20,000 nt of DNA from an uncultured virus (IMG/VR IMGVR_UViG_3300001605_000028) (Duplodnaviria > Heunggongvirae > Uroviricota > Caudoviricetes), in the IMG/VR virus record IMGVR_UViG_3300001605_000028. One strand, 5' to 3'. The position numbers were made by a program, and so were the translations under genes. This document shows, in pieces, positions 1 to 8,633 of this stretch (its first letter is position 1; each line of letters opens with the position of its first letter). Under the pieces are notes generated by a model that saw only the letters and a list, made by a program, of their open reading frames with translations, did not search any database and was not told the DNA's origin.

Positions 1-999
1 AACTAGATCGTATCCGTTAGGCTGTGTAAATCGTATTCTACTAATACCTGGTTTATATTTTCCATACTGAGGAATAATCCTATTCCAATCGATGATTAGG
101 CCGCCCTTCTTAGGAACATCGAGGCCAGATTCTATGATTGCTTCGTGCGGATCTAGTGCGCTGACATAATAAACACCAGTATCGACTCCGGTAACAGTTT
201 TCGAAGAAAGTAATAGTACTCCAAAATTTCCAGGAGTTGTTATAATTGATGTTTTCTTAATATCGGGAGTATCTGGATCTTCATTATATGCTAGCTCACT
301 GAGTGATTTTAGCTGTCCACTATCATCAAAAATATTCATGATAATGTTCTGTACCACACCTAGTTTCTTGACCTTAACAGGAGGTGAAATATAAATCGGT
401 ATTTCAAAGTCCATACTACAGACATCGATATCGGTTTCTGTGCCCTGTGGTATTGTTCTATTAGAAAATTGAAGACCAGTTAATTCAACTACGCTTAAAC
501 TAGTCCAGTCAATATAATTGTCGGTGGTTTGAATTTCTAAGCTAGGTTTGAACAGCATAGTGATCTGTTCGATAATTTGTAATTTTTGATCCGTGTTTGA
601 TGACCATATGTCTGCTCGCATGGTCAAGGTATACGGAGTAGGCATTAATCTTTCTACAGTATATCCTGGCCCTTGTGTATTGAGATAGATCGGATTGCCA
701 TCTTCGTCAAATTCTTCGTAGTCTCGTTCTCTAACATGGACCTTAGAAACAAAACTAGGGTCAGCTAGTCTGTTTCGGTCTAATTCAAGACCAGTGATAT
801 AGCATGATATCTTAGGAACTGACATCATTTTATTTTCTGAATTTTCTTTGATGATGTTAGCGACCTGTCTAGTCATGTCTCCGTAGACCACAGGAATAGT
901 TTTTAATGTGCCATCGCTAGCTTGCCATTTAAAACCGATAAAAATCCGCATAAACTGCGTTACATATCGGCGTATTTGTCCGTCATAAAACCAATCCAT
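1..999 (-). CDS. gp15: Tail sheath stabilizer/tail terminator, T4 gp15-like (runs off the window edge; missed by the ORF track)
   Basis: Manual translation from ATG at 999 (TAATG overlap with the upstream stop) is open for 333 codons: MDWFYDGQIRRYVTQFMRIF...IPVVYGD...PKISCYITGLELDRNR...MPTPYTLTMRADIWSSNTDQKLQIIEQITMLFKP. This matches the gp15 pattern (FY..IRRY, VPI.Y, P.PY, QI.EQI...F.P), and the gene lies next to gp14. Confidence 0.8.
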   Translation of the reverse strand, partial: MDWFYDGQIRRYVTQFMRIFIGFKWQASDGTLKTIPVVYGDMTRQVANIIKENSENKMMSVPKISCYITGLELDRNRLADPSFVSKVHVRERDYEEFDEDGNPIYLNTQGPGYTVERLMPTPYTLTMRADIWSSNTDQKLQIIEQITMLFKPSLEIQTTDNYIDWTSLSVVELTGLQFSNRTIPQGTETDIDVCSMDFEIPIYISPPVKVKKLGVVQNIIMNIFDDSGQLKSLSELAYNEDPDTPDIKKTSIITTPGNFGVLLLSSKTVTGVDTGVYYVSALDPHEAIIESGLDVPKKGGLIIDWNRIIPQYGKYKPGISRIRFTQPNGYDLV

Positions 1000-2300
1000 T
1001 ATTCATCCGCCTTTGGTCTTAGTGCTTTTGATAAGCTTTGTTTCTCTGGAACTTGTTTGCCACCAATTGTATTAACTTTGGTGTTGTTAACAAATGTACC
1101 GGTCTGATTTAATCTTGGATCTGAATCGTCAGTCCCGTTTTGACTCATAGTCATTCTAACATTGTCCTCATATTTGACCCATCGTTTTCCATCGTATCGA
1201 AATAGTCTCTTAGGAAAATAGTCAGTACGGAGGCAGAATTGCCCCTCGACCGGTCTTCCCGGAAATGTAATACCACTAGTAAATGGAGCTCCGTTCGGTG
1301 TAACTCCGTCTTCGTGATAATTTTGATACCCATCCTTGGTAGGAGTGGCAAATATCATCGACGCACTCGCCGGAGTTCTAACTCCTAACACTTCTAAATT
1401 AGTTTTAGTAGTTTGTACAGGATGCGGATCGTCGGGATTTTGTATCCGAGCCCCGCTCTGATCTATATAGAATCCATCTTGGTCTGTAACATAATCTATA
1501 GAAGCATCAAGTGTAGAACCGTCAGCAGTTATTAATTTAACTTTTCCTAGTTCGTCTAACGGCACGGTATAGAACATCGACGTATTATACCCGCTCAACG
1601 GAGAATCTGCTTCAGCTTGATCTAATACTGCCTGTGTGATCTGCATTTCTGTTTCGTAGGTACTCATGATCTGTCGCAGAGTAGTGCTGTTGTCTTCGCC
1701 TGAGTCGTCAGCAAGACCATCTAGTATCTGTTTAAATTCTTGACTATCGACTAACGGAGAGCACTTGGCACGATACAGGTGTGGGTACCATGTTACAGAA
1801 AATCCTTCTGCCGCCCTGTTGACTTCTTCGATAACATAAAATCTTTTTAGAGCAAATTTGAGATCGTTTAGGGCATGATCGTCTTTCAAGTGAGGTAACT
1901 CAATTACATCACCTGCGATAATTTTCCTGCCGATTTTTTCCACAGTATCGTTGATATGGAATGTAATAAACACTGTATCATTCTGTAAAAATAACCCGAA
2001 TTGACTCAGATTAAAATCGATATCTTGTACGTTATATACACCTCGTAACAGATAGACGTCTGGATCGTATTTTCTATCTCTATTTTCTAAAAATAACAGA
2101 TCCTGTATCTGTAGTTCGGGTGTTCCGCCAGTATATTCTGGTTGTGCGGGAGAACTGTCACCGACGGTTCGATCTCCGGGTCCAATGTATTTGTGTACAA
2201 GCACATCTACACCACCAATTTGGAACATCTCCCAAATAGTTTTGTCGATAAACTTGTAATCTTTGCCCTTTTCTGGGCGGTAGAGGCTTAATCTTGGCAT
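999..2300 (-). CDS. gp14: Neck/head-closure protein, T4 gp14-like, with C-terminal extension (433 aa)
   Basis: Motifs LSQFGLFLQNDTVFITFH and GDVIELPHL..RFYVIEEV resemble gp14, and the gene sits between gp13 and gp15. Start moved from 2336 to ATG at 2300 (MPRLSLYR), since 2336 would overlap the gp13 start and a TAAATA box lies 7 nt upstream of 2300. Confidence 0.7.
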   Translation of the reverse strand: MPRLSLYRPEKGKDYKFIDKTIWEMFQIGGVDVLVHKYIGPGDRTVGDSSPAQPEYTGGTPELQIQDLLFLENRDRKYDPDVYLLRGVYNVQDIDFNLSQFGLFLQNDTVFITFHINDTVEKIGRKIIAGDVIELPHLKDDHALNDLKFALKRFYVIEEVNRAAEGFSVTWYPHLYRAKCSPLVDSQEFKQILDGLADDSGEDNSTTLRQIMSTYETEMQITQAVLDQAEADSPLSGYNTSMFYTVPLDELGKVKLITADGSTLDASIDYVTDQDGFYIDQSGARIQNPDDPHPVQTTKTNLEVLGVRTPASASMIFATPTKDGYQNYHEDGVTPNGAPFTSGITFPGRPVEGQFCLRTDYFPKRLFRYDGKRWVKYEDNVRMTMSQNGTDDSDPRLNQTGTFVNNTKVNTIGGKQVPEKQSLSKALRPKADE

Positions 2301-2307
2301 AGTTATA

Positions 2308-2313
2308 TATTTA
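2308..2313 (-). promoter_or_regulatory. Late-promoter-like TAAATA box for gp14/gp15
   Basis: Plus strand TATTTA at 2308-2313, 7 nt before the minus-strand ATG at 2300; no SD. Confidence 0.6.
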
Positions 2314-2323
2314 CCCGCTACGA

Positions 2324-2329
2324 TAAATA
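2324..2329 (+). promoter_or_regulatory. Late-promoter-like TAAATA box for gp13
   Basis: GATAAATA-CTAGC-ATG: 5 nt spacer, no SD. Confidence 0.7.
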
Positions 2330-2334
2330 CTAGC

Positions 2335-3096
2335 ATGAACCAACTCGAACAAGAAAAACAAAAAGTCTACGATTTTTGCCGTACAATGTTAGGTGACGGC
2401 ATGATCGATGTTGAACTCGACCCAAAACACTACGAAACTGCTCTAGAACGAGCTTTAGCTGTTTTTCGGCAACGCAGTGAAAACTCAGTTGAGGAGAGCT
2501 TCGCTTTTCTTCAGTTAGAAATTGACAAAAATGAGTATATACTGCCCAAGGAAATCCAGGTAGTTCGGGAAATTTACAGACGAAGCATCGGATCTAGAAG
2601 CGGCGGCGGTGATGGCGGTACAGTATTTGAACCGTTTAACTTAGCCTATACAAATACCTACTTGTTAAGCTCAACTAACATGGGCGGATTGTTAACCTAC
2701 GAATTATTCGCAGCCTACCAAGAACGAGTTGGTAAAATGTTTGGTAGTTTTATACAGTTTACTTGGCACGCTCAGACTAGGAAATTAACTATCCATCAGC
2801 GTCCGAGATCTAACGAAGAAATCATGCTGTGGGTCTACAACACTAGACCGGATCATGCTATACTTTCTGATACATATGCTGGCATCTGGATCAAAGACTA
2901 TACGCTGGCTAATTGTAAAATGATGCTAGGTCAAGCTCGTGAAAAATTTGCTTCGATCGCTGGACCACAAGGCGGCACTGCGCTAAATGGTAGTTCGATG
3001 AAACAAGAAGCGCTGGCAGATATCGAACGACTAACGCAAGAATTAGTCAACTTTGTTCCCGGAACTACCACCGGATACTCATTCGTAATAGGATAA
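2335..3096 (+). CDS. gp13: Neck/head-tail adaptor protein, T4 gp13-like
   Basis: 253 aa. N-terminal 'LGDGMIDVELD' and C-terminal 'WIKDYTLANCKMMLGQAREKF..IAGPQGGTALNG..MKQEA..IERL' match the gp13 pattern. Confidence 0.85.
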   Translation: MNQLEQEKQKVYDFCRTMLGDGMIDVELDPKHYETALERALAVFRQRSENSVEESFAFLQLEIDKNEYILPKEIQVVREIYRRSIGSRSGGGDGGTVFEPFNLAYTNTYLLSSTNMGGLLTYELFAAYQERVGKMFGSFIQFTWHAQTRKLTIHQRPRSNEEIMLWVYNTRPDHAILSDTYAGIWIKDYTLANCKMMLGQAREKFASIAGPQGGTALNGSSMKQEALADIERLTQELVNFVPGTTTGYSFVIG

Positions 3097-3098
3097 TC

Positions 3099-3434
3099 AT
3101 GAGAGCTTGCGAATTTATCACAGAAGAAGAAGAGGCCCTATACGATGCTAAAATGGTTTGGGGCATGGGCAAGCACAGCAATCGAGGCGGCCAAGATAAA
3201 TTAAAATTTAGATGTACATCGGGTCCTAGGAAAAGTAGACAGGTCAGTCATCCTAGTAAATGTCACGACCATCCCAACGTTGCTGCGGCTCAACGTATGA
3301 AAACTACTAGAGCTAGAACAGAAAAACAAGCAGCTCGCAGAACACAGCGTACAAAATCAATCAATACTGCCAGTGTATTGGCTAACAGGTTAAACAACCC
3401 CGGAAAAGCAAAAACACCAAAACCTTATTATTAA
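3099..3434 (+). CDS. Small basic hypothetical protein with capsid-targeting-like N-terminus (MRACEFITE)
   Basis: 111 aa ORF starting 2 nt after the gp13 stop, with AGGA upstream; Lys/Arg-rich C-terminal two thirds. Confidence 0.75.
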   Translation: MRACEFITEEEEALYDAKMVWGMGKHSNRGGQDKLKFRCTSGPRKSRQVSHPSKCHDHPNVAAAQRMKTTRARTEKQAARRTQRTKSINTASVLANRLNNPGKAKTPKPYY

Positions 3435-3435
3435 T

Positions 3436-3464
3436 TTGAGTTTCACATAATAGTATGCTATACT
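3436..3464 (+). promoter_or_regulatory. Sigma70-type promoter with extended -10 for dNMP kinase
   Basis: TTGAGT (3436-3441), 17 nt spacer, TATACT (3459-3464) preceded by TGn; SD GGAGGA at 3475-3480. Confidence 0.65.
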
Positions 3465-3484
3465 GTCTATACTTGGAGGACGGT

Positions 3485-4096
3485 ATGATTATAGGGATAT
3501 GCGGATTCATAGGCAGCGGCAAAGACACTGTTGCTGATTATTTGGTTAACTTTCACGAGTTTCGTAGAGAATCATTTGCTAGCACTCTCAAAGATGCTGT
3601 AAGCGCGGTGTTTGGATGGGACCGGACGCTGTTAGAAGGGCGTACTAAGGAAGCCCGAGAGTGGCGAGAACAAGTAGATCCGTGGTGGGCAGAGCGCCTT
3701 GACATGCCTACACTTACTCCTAGATGGGTCCTTCAATATTGGGGCACAGAAGTTTGCCGTAGAGGCTTTCATGACGACACATGGATCGCTAGTTTAGAAA
3801 ATAAACTGCGAAACTCCAAAGATAATGTTGTAATTTCAGACTGCCGTTTTCCGAACGAAATCAAAAGTATTAAAGAAGCGGGCGGAATTATTGTATGGGT
3901 TAAACGCGGCGAGTTACCCGAATGGTACAATATTGCTGTTGAAGCCAATCAAGGCAACAGTATAGCAGCCAACGATCTAAAGATGAAGAAAATACACGCT
4001 TCTGAAACTGCTTGGGTAGGAACCCAGTTTGATTTTGTAATAGACAACAGTGGGTCTATAGAGGATCTGTTTAACAAAGTTAAAAATCTGCTATAA
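3485..4096 (+). CDS. gp1: Deoxynucleoside monophosphate kinase, T4 gp1-like
   Basis: MIIGICGFIGSGKDT P-loop, SFA..LKD, TPRWVLQYWGTEVCR, VVISDCRFPNEI, HASE and IDNSGS motifs. Start reassigned to 3485, directly after GGAGGA. Confidence 0.9.
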   Translation: MIIGICGFIGSGKDTVADYLVNFHEFRRESFASTLKDAVSAVFGWDRTLLEGRTKEAREWREQVDPWWAERLDMPTLTPRWVLQYWGTEVCRRGFHDDTWIASLENKLRNSKDNVVISDCRFPNEIKSIKEAGGIIVWVKRGELPEWYNIAVEANQGNSIAANDLKMKKIHASETAWVGTQFDFVIDNSGSIEDLFNKVKNLL

Positions 4097-4417
4097 GATC
4101 GCCCTGCTTCCACTTAATGCCTTCTTTGGCAAGAACCCGTTGACAGTTAGCGCAAACTGTTTTTAGATTGCTGTGTTTACAGTTATCTAGATTCTCATCT
4201 ACATGATAGACCGCAAATATTTCTGTATGTGACGATTTAAATCCGCAGCGGTCGCATTGGCTTTTCTTAACATACCCTGCTCTCTGCCATCTCGGTATTC
4301 CGTAATATTTTCCGTTTCGTAGACATTTTTCGCTAAAGAGACCTATAGAAGGTCTTGCCTTCTTTGCGATAATTTACTGCTGCTGGTCTTTGACCGTCAC
4401 TTACATAGTGGTCTCAT
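4080..4417 (-). CDS. Cys-rich Zn-finger/HNH-family protein (111 aa after removing two extra bases; missed by the ORF track)
   Basis: Reconstruction: MRPLCKCGQRPAAVNYRKEGKTFYRSLCEKCLRNGKYYGIPRWQRAGYVKKSQCDRCGFKSSHTEIFAVYHVDENLDNCKHSNLKTVCANCQRVLAKEGIKWKQGDLIADF. It needs one base removed near 4397 and one near 4334 (338-2 = 336 nt). TAAATA-N5-ATG lies upstream. Confidence 0.75.
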
Positions 4418-4422
4418 AGTAT

Positions 4423-4428
4423 TATTTA
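4423..4428 (-). promoter_or_regulatory. Late-promoter-like TAAATA box for the HNH gene
   Basis: Minus strand reads CTTAAATA-ATACT-ATG: 5 nt spacer. Confidence 0.65.
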
Positions 4429-4493
4429 AGAGATCTGGACCTTTTTGTCCCCTTTTATCACGACAATAACGGAGTATTTTTTTCCAAACACAC

Positions 4494-4499
4494 TAAATA
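4494..4499 (+). promoter_or_regulatory. Late-promoter-like TAAATA box for tail sheath (leadered)
   Basis: CTAAATA lies 33 nt before ATG 4533; SD AGGAGA at 4520-4525. Confidence 0.6.
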
Positions 4500-4532
4500 T
4501 TATACAAGTTTCAAACATTAGGAGATATTGGA

Positions 4533-7500
4533 ATGGCTCTACAATCCCCAGGCGTAGAAGTTACAGTCATAGACGAGAGGTTTTTATACTAACCGGCAGA
4601 AGCTGGTACTACTCCGTTAGTTGTGGTAGCTACAGCGCAAGACAAAACAAATGCTAGCGGTACAGGTATCGCTCAAGGAACGCTTGCCGCTAACGCTGGC
4701 AGGGTATACAGGGTTTCTAGCCAAAGAGAATTGGTTGATTTCTTTGGTACACCAGTTTTTAAGAAAACTATCACAGGCGCACCACTTCACGGTGATGAAC
4801 AAAACGAGTACGGTTTACAGGCTGCGTATAGTCTGTTAGGAGTATCTAATTCTGCTTTTATTCTTAGAGCAGATGTAAATTTAAATGATCTAACAGCACA
4901 GGCTTCTGTGCCAGGTTCGGAAGCAACCGACGGACAATGGTGGTTAGATACACAAAGTACAAGATGGGGAATTTTTCAGTGGGATGCTAGTCCGGCTAGA
5001 GTTGGCGGACAACGATTTGTTAACGTAACACCTATCGTAATCACACAAGACGAGCCTGAAAAACTAAGCGGTGATGCTCCAGCTACTGGAGTTGGACGTA
5101 TTGGCGACTATGCTGTAGTAGTATCTACCGACGTAATTAGAATGTATGTTAAAGGAATATCTCCAAACGGAACAGTTAGCTGGCAAATTCTCGGAAACGA
5201 TGAGTGGAGAGCGTTTAATCCTACAGTGCTATCATTGAATAATGGTGTTAACGCAACCGTTGGACAGAACTTCGTTATTAACGGAACATTAGTCACAGTT
5301 AATTCAACAGTGCTTTCAACTGTAGTCACAGATATTAACAATCTATCTATTCCAGGAGTAACCGCAGGTATCGTTGACGAAAGTCTTGCGCTATATGTTA
5401 GCGGTGTAACTGACTCAGCAGTAGTTGACTCCACAGAAAGCAAAGCAATCCATCTAGAAGACGGAACTGCTACTATCGCTGATGTGTTTGGTCAGCCAGC
5501 TGGCAGATATTATGCTCCAGATCTAGCTGTACAACCACACACTAGCGTACCTCAGTGGAGGTCTGATGCTTCATTACCGAGACCAGGTGGATCAGTCTGG
5601 GTTAAGACTACAGAACCAAACTTAGGTGCTCGCTGGAGAATGAAGCAGTGGAACGCACAAACTAAAGTATGGGCAGAAGTTGATGCTCCAGTATATGCGA
5701 ATGGTCACAGCGCTGTTTACAATTTAGACAGAACAGCAGGTGGCGCTAGAATCGCTAGAGAAGCCTTATATGTTCAGTCAAACTACACTGAAGATAGTGG
5801 ATATGATAACACTCCGCAGACAGCTAGTTTTAGAATATTTGCTAGAAGAGCATCTGGGGCAGTATCGATTACTTCAAACGCAATTACTGCGATTTCAGCA
5901 GGATTGAAGTCCTTTTCGATAAGAGAAAGCAGACTAGGAACATCCTTGCTGTCAGCAGCGGCATCCATAAGTTTTACAGCCACAGGCAGTACTGCTGATG
6001 CTAACGCATTAGCACAGGCAATTAATAATTCTCAAGATTTAGAAAATATCGAAGCAACTGTTCTCAGCAACAACCGCGTTACAATCACACATAGATTAGG
6101 TGGCGAATTTAGAATATTAGATACCAGTGGTGTATTTGCTAATATCTTCGAAGGCGCATTTGATATCAGTGACGGTTCCGGTACCGCTAACCTATACGAA
6201 GCTCCAGTTGGTGAAACATATGACTATGTTGTAAGCGGCTGGTTACCGTTGGCAGGAACACCGACAGGGTATGTAGCATCATTAGATGCTCCTACAAACG
6301 ACCCAGTTAACGGTCAGCGTTGGTATTCTAGTTTGATTGATCAAGTCGATATCATGATCCATAACGGAAGTACATGGGTCGGATATTTGAGTTCAGGCAG
6401 TCCATATTTCAACAACAGCAATGATCTAAAAACAGATCCAAATGGTCCAATAATCAGTGCTACAAGACCATCAGCCCAGAGCGACGGAACACCGTTAAGA
6501 ACTGGGGATCTATGGATCGACACTAGTGACTTGGAAAATTACCCAATGATCTACAAGTACAATGCGCAGCTAACTGACACAGCAGCGCCAAATCGTTGGA
6601 TTCCTGTTGATAAGAACGACACTACTAGCGAAAATGGTGTTGTTTTTGGAGATGCTCGTTGGAGTACTTCTGGTAGTAACAGCGAAGCTGCGGACATTGA
6701 CGTGTTATTAACTAATGACTTTCTAGACCCAGATGCTCCTGATCCAGCAATGTATCCTCGAGGAATCTTGTTATTCAATACTCGCAGATCTGGCTTCAAT
6801 GTAAAAGTCTATAGAGAAAACTATATCGATATTACTGCCGACAATGAAAGATTCAACAACGGCGAAGCTATGCTCAACTACGATAGAAATCGCTGGGTTA
6901 CTGATTCTGGCGCATTGTTTAGGAAGAAAAGCCCAACGAAGTGTTGTAGTATCGAGACTAAGAGCAGCGATAGCTACTAGCCAAGAGGTAAGAGAAAGCG
7001 AAGTTCGTAACTTTAATTTAATGTCTTGTCCAGGTTATCCTGAACTAATTCAAAATCTAATTAGAACTAAACGTAGATCGCGGATCGACAGCATTTGTTG
7101 TAGGCGACACACCATTGAGATTGCCTGCCGATACAAATACAATCAGCAATTGGGGTAATAACCTAAACGGCGCAACCGATAACGGAGATCAAGGTATNGT
7201 TAGCTTTGANGAGTACACTGGAGTTTTCTATCCAAGCGGCTTAACTACTGATAAATACTGGTAGTACTGTTATGGTTCCAGCAAGCCACATGATGCTTAA
7301 GACAATCGCATTTAAGCGATCAAGTCAGTTATCCATGGTTTGCTCCAGCTGGTATCAGAAGAGGTGCTATCACTAACGCAACATCAGTAGGATATCTAGA
7401 AAGTAGAACAGGCGAATTTAGATCAGTTAACTTAACTGATTCACAGCGCGATGCCCTGTACAATGTCAAAGTAAACCCGATTACATTCTTTAATCGGTGT

Positions 7501-7879
7501 TGGTCTAGTTAACTACGGACAGCGCACACGAGCTGCTGGTTCATCTGCGCTTGATAGAATTAACGTAGCAAGACTGGTAATCTACCTACGCAGCCAGCTA
7601 AACAGATTAGCAAAACCGTTTGTATTTGAACCTAACGACAAGATCACTAGGGACGAAATTAAACAAGTGGTAGAAAGTTTACTTTTAGAATTGGTCGGTT
7701 TACGAGCATTGTATGACTATGCTGTTGTCTGCGACGAAACAAACAACACACCGTCACGCATTGACAGAAACGAGCTCTATTTAGATATCGCTATCGAACC
7801 AGTTAAATCGATCGAATTTATCTACATACCACTAAGACTTAAGAATACAGGAGAAATACAGGGAGCGAGATCGGCGTAA
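4533..7879 (+). CDS. gp18: Contractile tail sheath protein, T4 gp18-like, about 1112 aa, split by probable sequencing insertions
   Basis: Starts MALQSPGVEVTVIDE after an SD. Contains ELVDFFGTP, and C-terminal sheath motifs CPGYPEL, PWFAPAGIRRG, VNPITFF, SALDRINVARL, FEPND, VVCDETNNTP..IDRNEL..DIAIEPVKSIEFIYI spread across different frames. Removing 3 bases at about 4580-4592 and one each near 6921, 7063, 7253, 7312 and 7495 gives 3339 nt = 1113 codons. Confidence 0.92.
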
Positions 7880-7910
7880 TGGCTGGGGGCTAATCACCCC
7901 CATCTCATTA
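7877..7910 (+). other. Stem-loop immediately after the sheath stop codon
   Basis: TAATG-GC-TGGGGG-CTAATCA-CCCCCA-TCT-CATTA. There is no U-tract, so it is more likely an mRNA stability or pause hairpin than an intrinsic terminator. Confidence 0.5.
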
Positions 7911-7913
7911 TGA

Positions 7914-7919
7914 TAAATA
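7914..7919 (+). promoter_or_regulatory. Late-promoter-like TAAATA box for tail tube (leadered)
   Basis: GATAAATA lies 22 nt before ATG 7942; GGAG at 7929-7932. Confidence 0.6.
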
Positions 7920-7941
7920 AAATTACCCGGAGCATACTAAT

Positions 7942-8571
7942 ATGGCAATTTCAACACTATCAAAATTAACAGTACCTTTAGCTACTGATTCATCAGCGTC
8001 CAATCAAGGACTGTTGATGCCAAAGCTAAAGTATCGATTTAGAGTCATACTTCAAGGCTTCGGAGCGAATGGTACAGTATCAACTGAGCTTACAAAGCAG
8101 GTTATGGATATTACTCGTCCGAAGATTAACTTCGAAGAAATCGAAGTCCCAGTATACAACAGCAGAATTTATCTTGCTGGACGTCACAACTGGGAACCGT
8201 TGACTCTGAATATGAGAGACGACGCTACAGGCGCTATTCAACGCCTATGCGGAGAACAGATTCAGAAACAATTTGACTTCTTTGAACAAGCAGGTGCCGC
8301 ATCTGGCCAAGATTATAAGTTTTCAACTATGATCGAAGTATTAGACGGTGGCAACGGAGCACAAACACCAAATGTACTAGAAACATTTGAATGTTATGGT
8401 TGTTTTGTTCAGAACATCGATTACGGTGATCTAAACTACACCTCAAACGAACCAGCACAGATTACCCTTGCTATTCGTTACGATAACGCTATCCAATACA
8501 AAGGTGGCGGCATCGAAGGTATCGGCCGTAATATCGGAGCTAGAACTATTGGTTCTCTAACAACTGGCTAA
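7942..8571 (+). CDS. gp19: Tail tube protein, T4 gp19-like
   Basis: 209 aa directly after the sheath. Pattern RP.I.FEEIEV..YNSRIYLAGRH.WEPLTL..RDD ... YGCF..NIDYGDLNY...AQITLAIRYD. Confidence 0.88.
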   Translation: MAISTLSKLTVPLATDSSASNQGLLMPKLKYRFRVILQGFGANGTVSTELTKQVMDITRPKINFEEIEVPVYNSRIYLAGRHNWEPLTLNMRDDATGAIQRLCGEQIQKQFDFFEQAGAASGQDYKFSTMIEVLDGGNGAQTPNVLETFECYGCFVQNIDYGDLNYTSNEPAQITLAIRYDNAIQYKGGGIEGIGRNIGARTIGSLTTG

Positions 8572-8587
8572 TAGCAGTTAACACATC

Positions 8588-8617
8588 AAAAGCTCAGTTA
8601 ATAACTGGGCTTTTTTT
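8588..8617 (+). terminator. Rho-independent terminator after tail tube
   Basis: AAAA-GCTCAGTT-AAT-AACTGGGC-TTTTTTT (one G-U pair). Confidence 0.85.
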
Positions 8618-8622
8618 GTGAC

Positions 8623-8628
8623 TAAATA
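8623..8628 (+). promoter_or_regulatory. Late-promoter-like TAAATA box
   Basis: CTAAATA-ATTAT-ATG(8634) directly after a terminator; no SD. Confidence 0.72.
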
Positions 8629-8633
8629 ATTAT

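Noticed and set aside
2301..2336. ORF-track start of gp14 at 2336
   Set aside because: It overlaps the gp13 start codon and spans both promoter boxes; ATG 2300 fits better.
3455..3484. ORF-track start of the dNMP kinase at 3455
   Set aside because: It lies within the predicted -10 region. ATG 3485 follows GGAGGA and gives the typical MIIGI.G start.
4332..4592. In-frame TGA/TAG/TAA in the HNH and sheath genes as stop-codon reassignment
   Set aside because: The stops coincide with reading-frame shifts that are fixed by removing bases. Intact genes end normally in TAA or TGA, and the long ORFs need no readthrough.
6844..7879. Separate small ORFs 6844-7158 and 7667-7879
   Set aside because: They are frame-shifted pieces of the single tail sheath gene.
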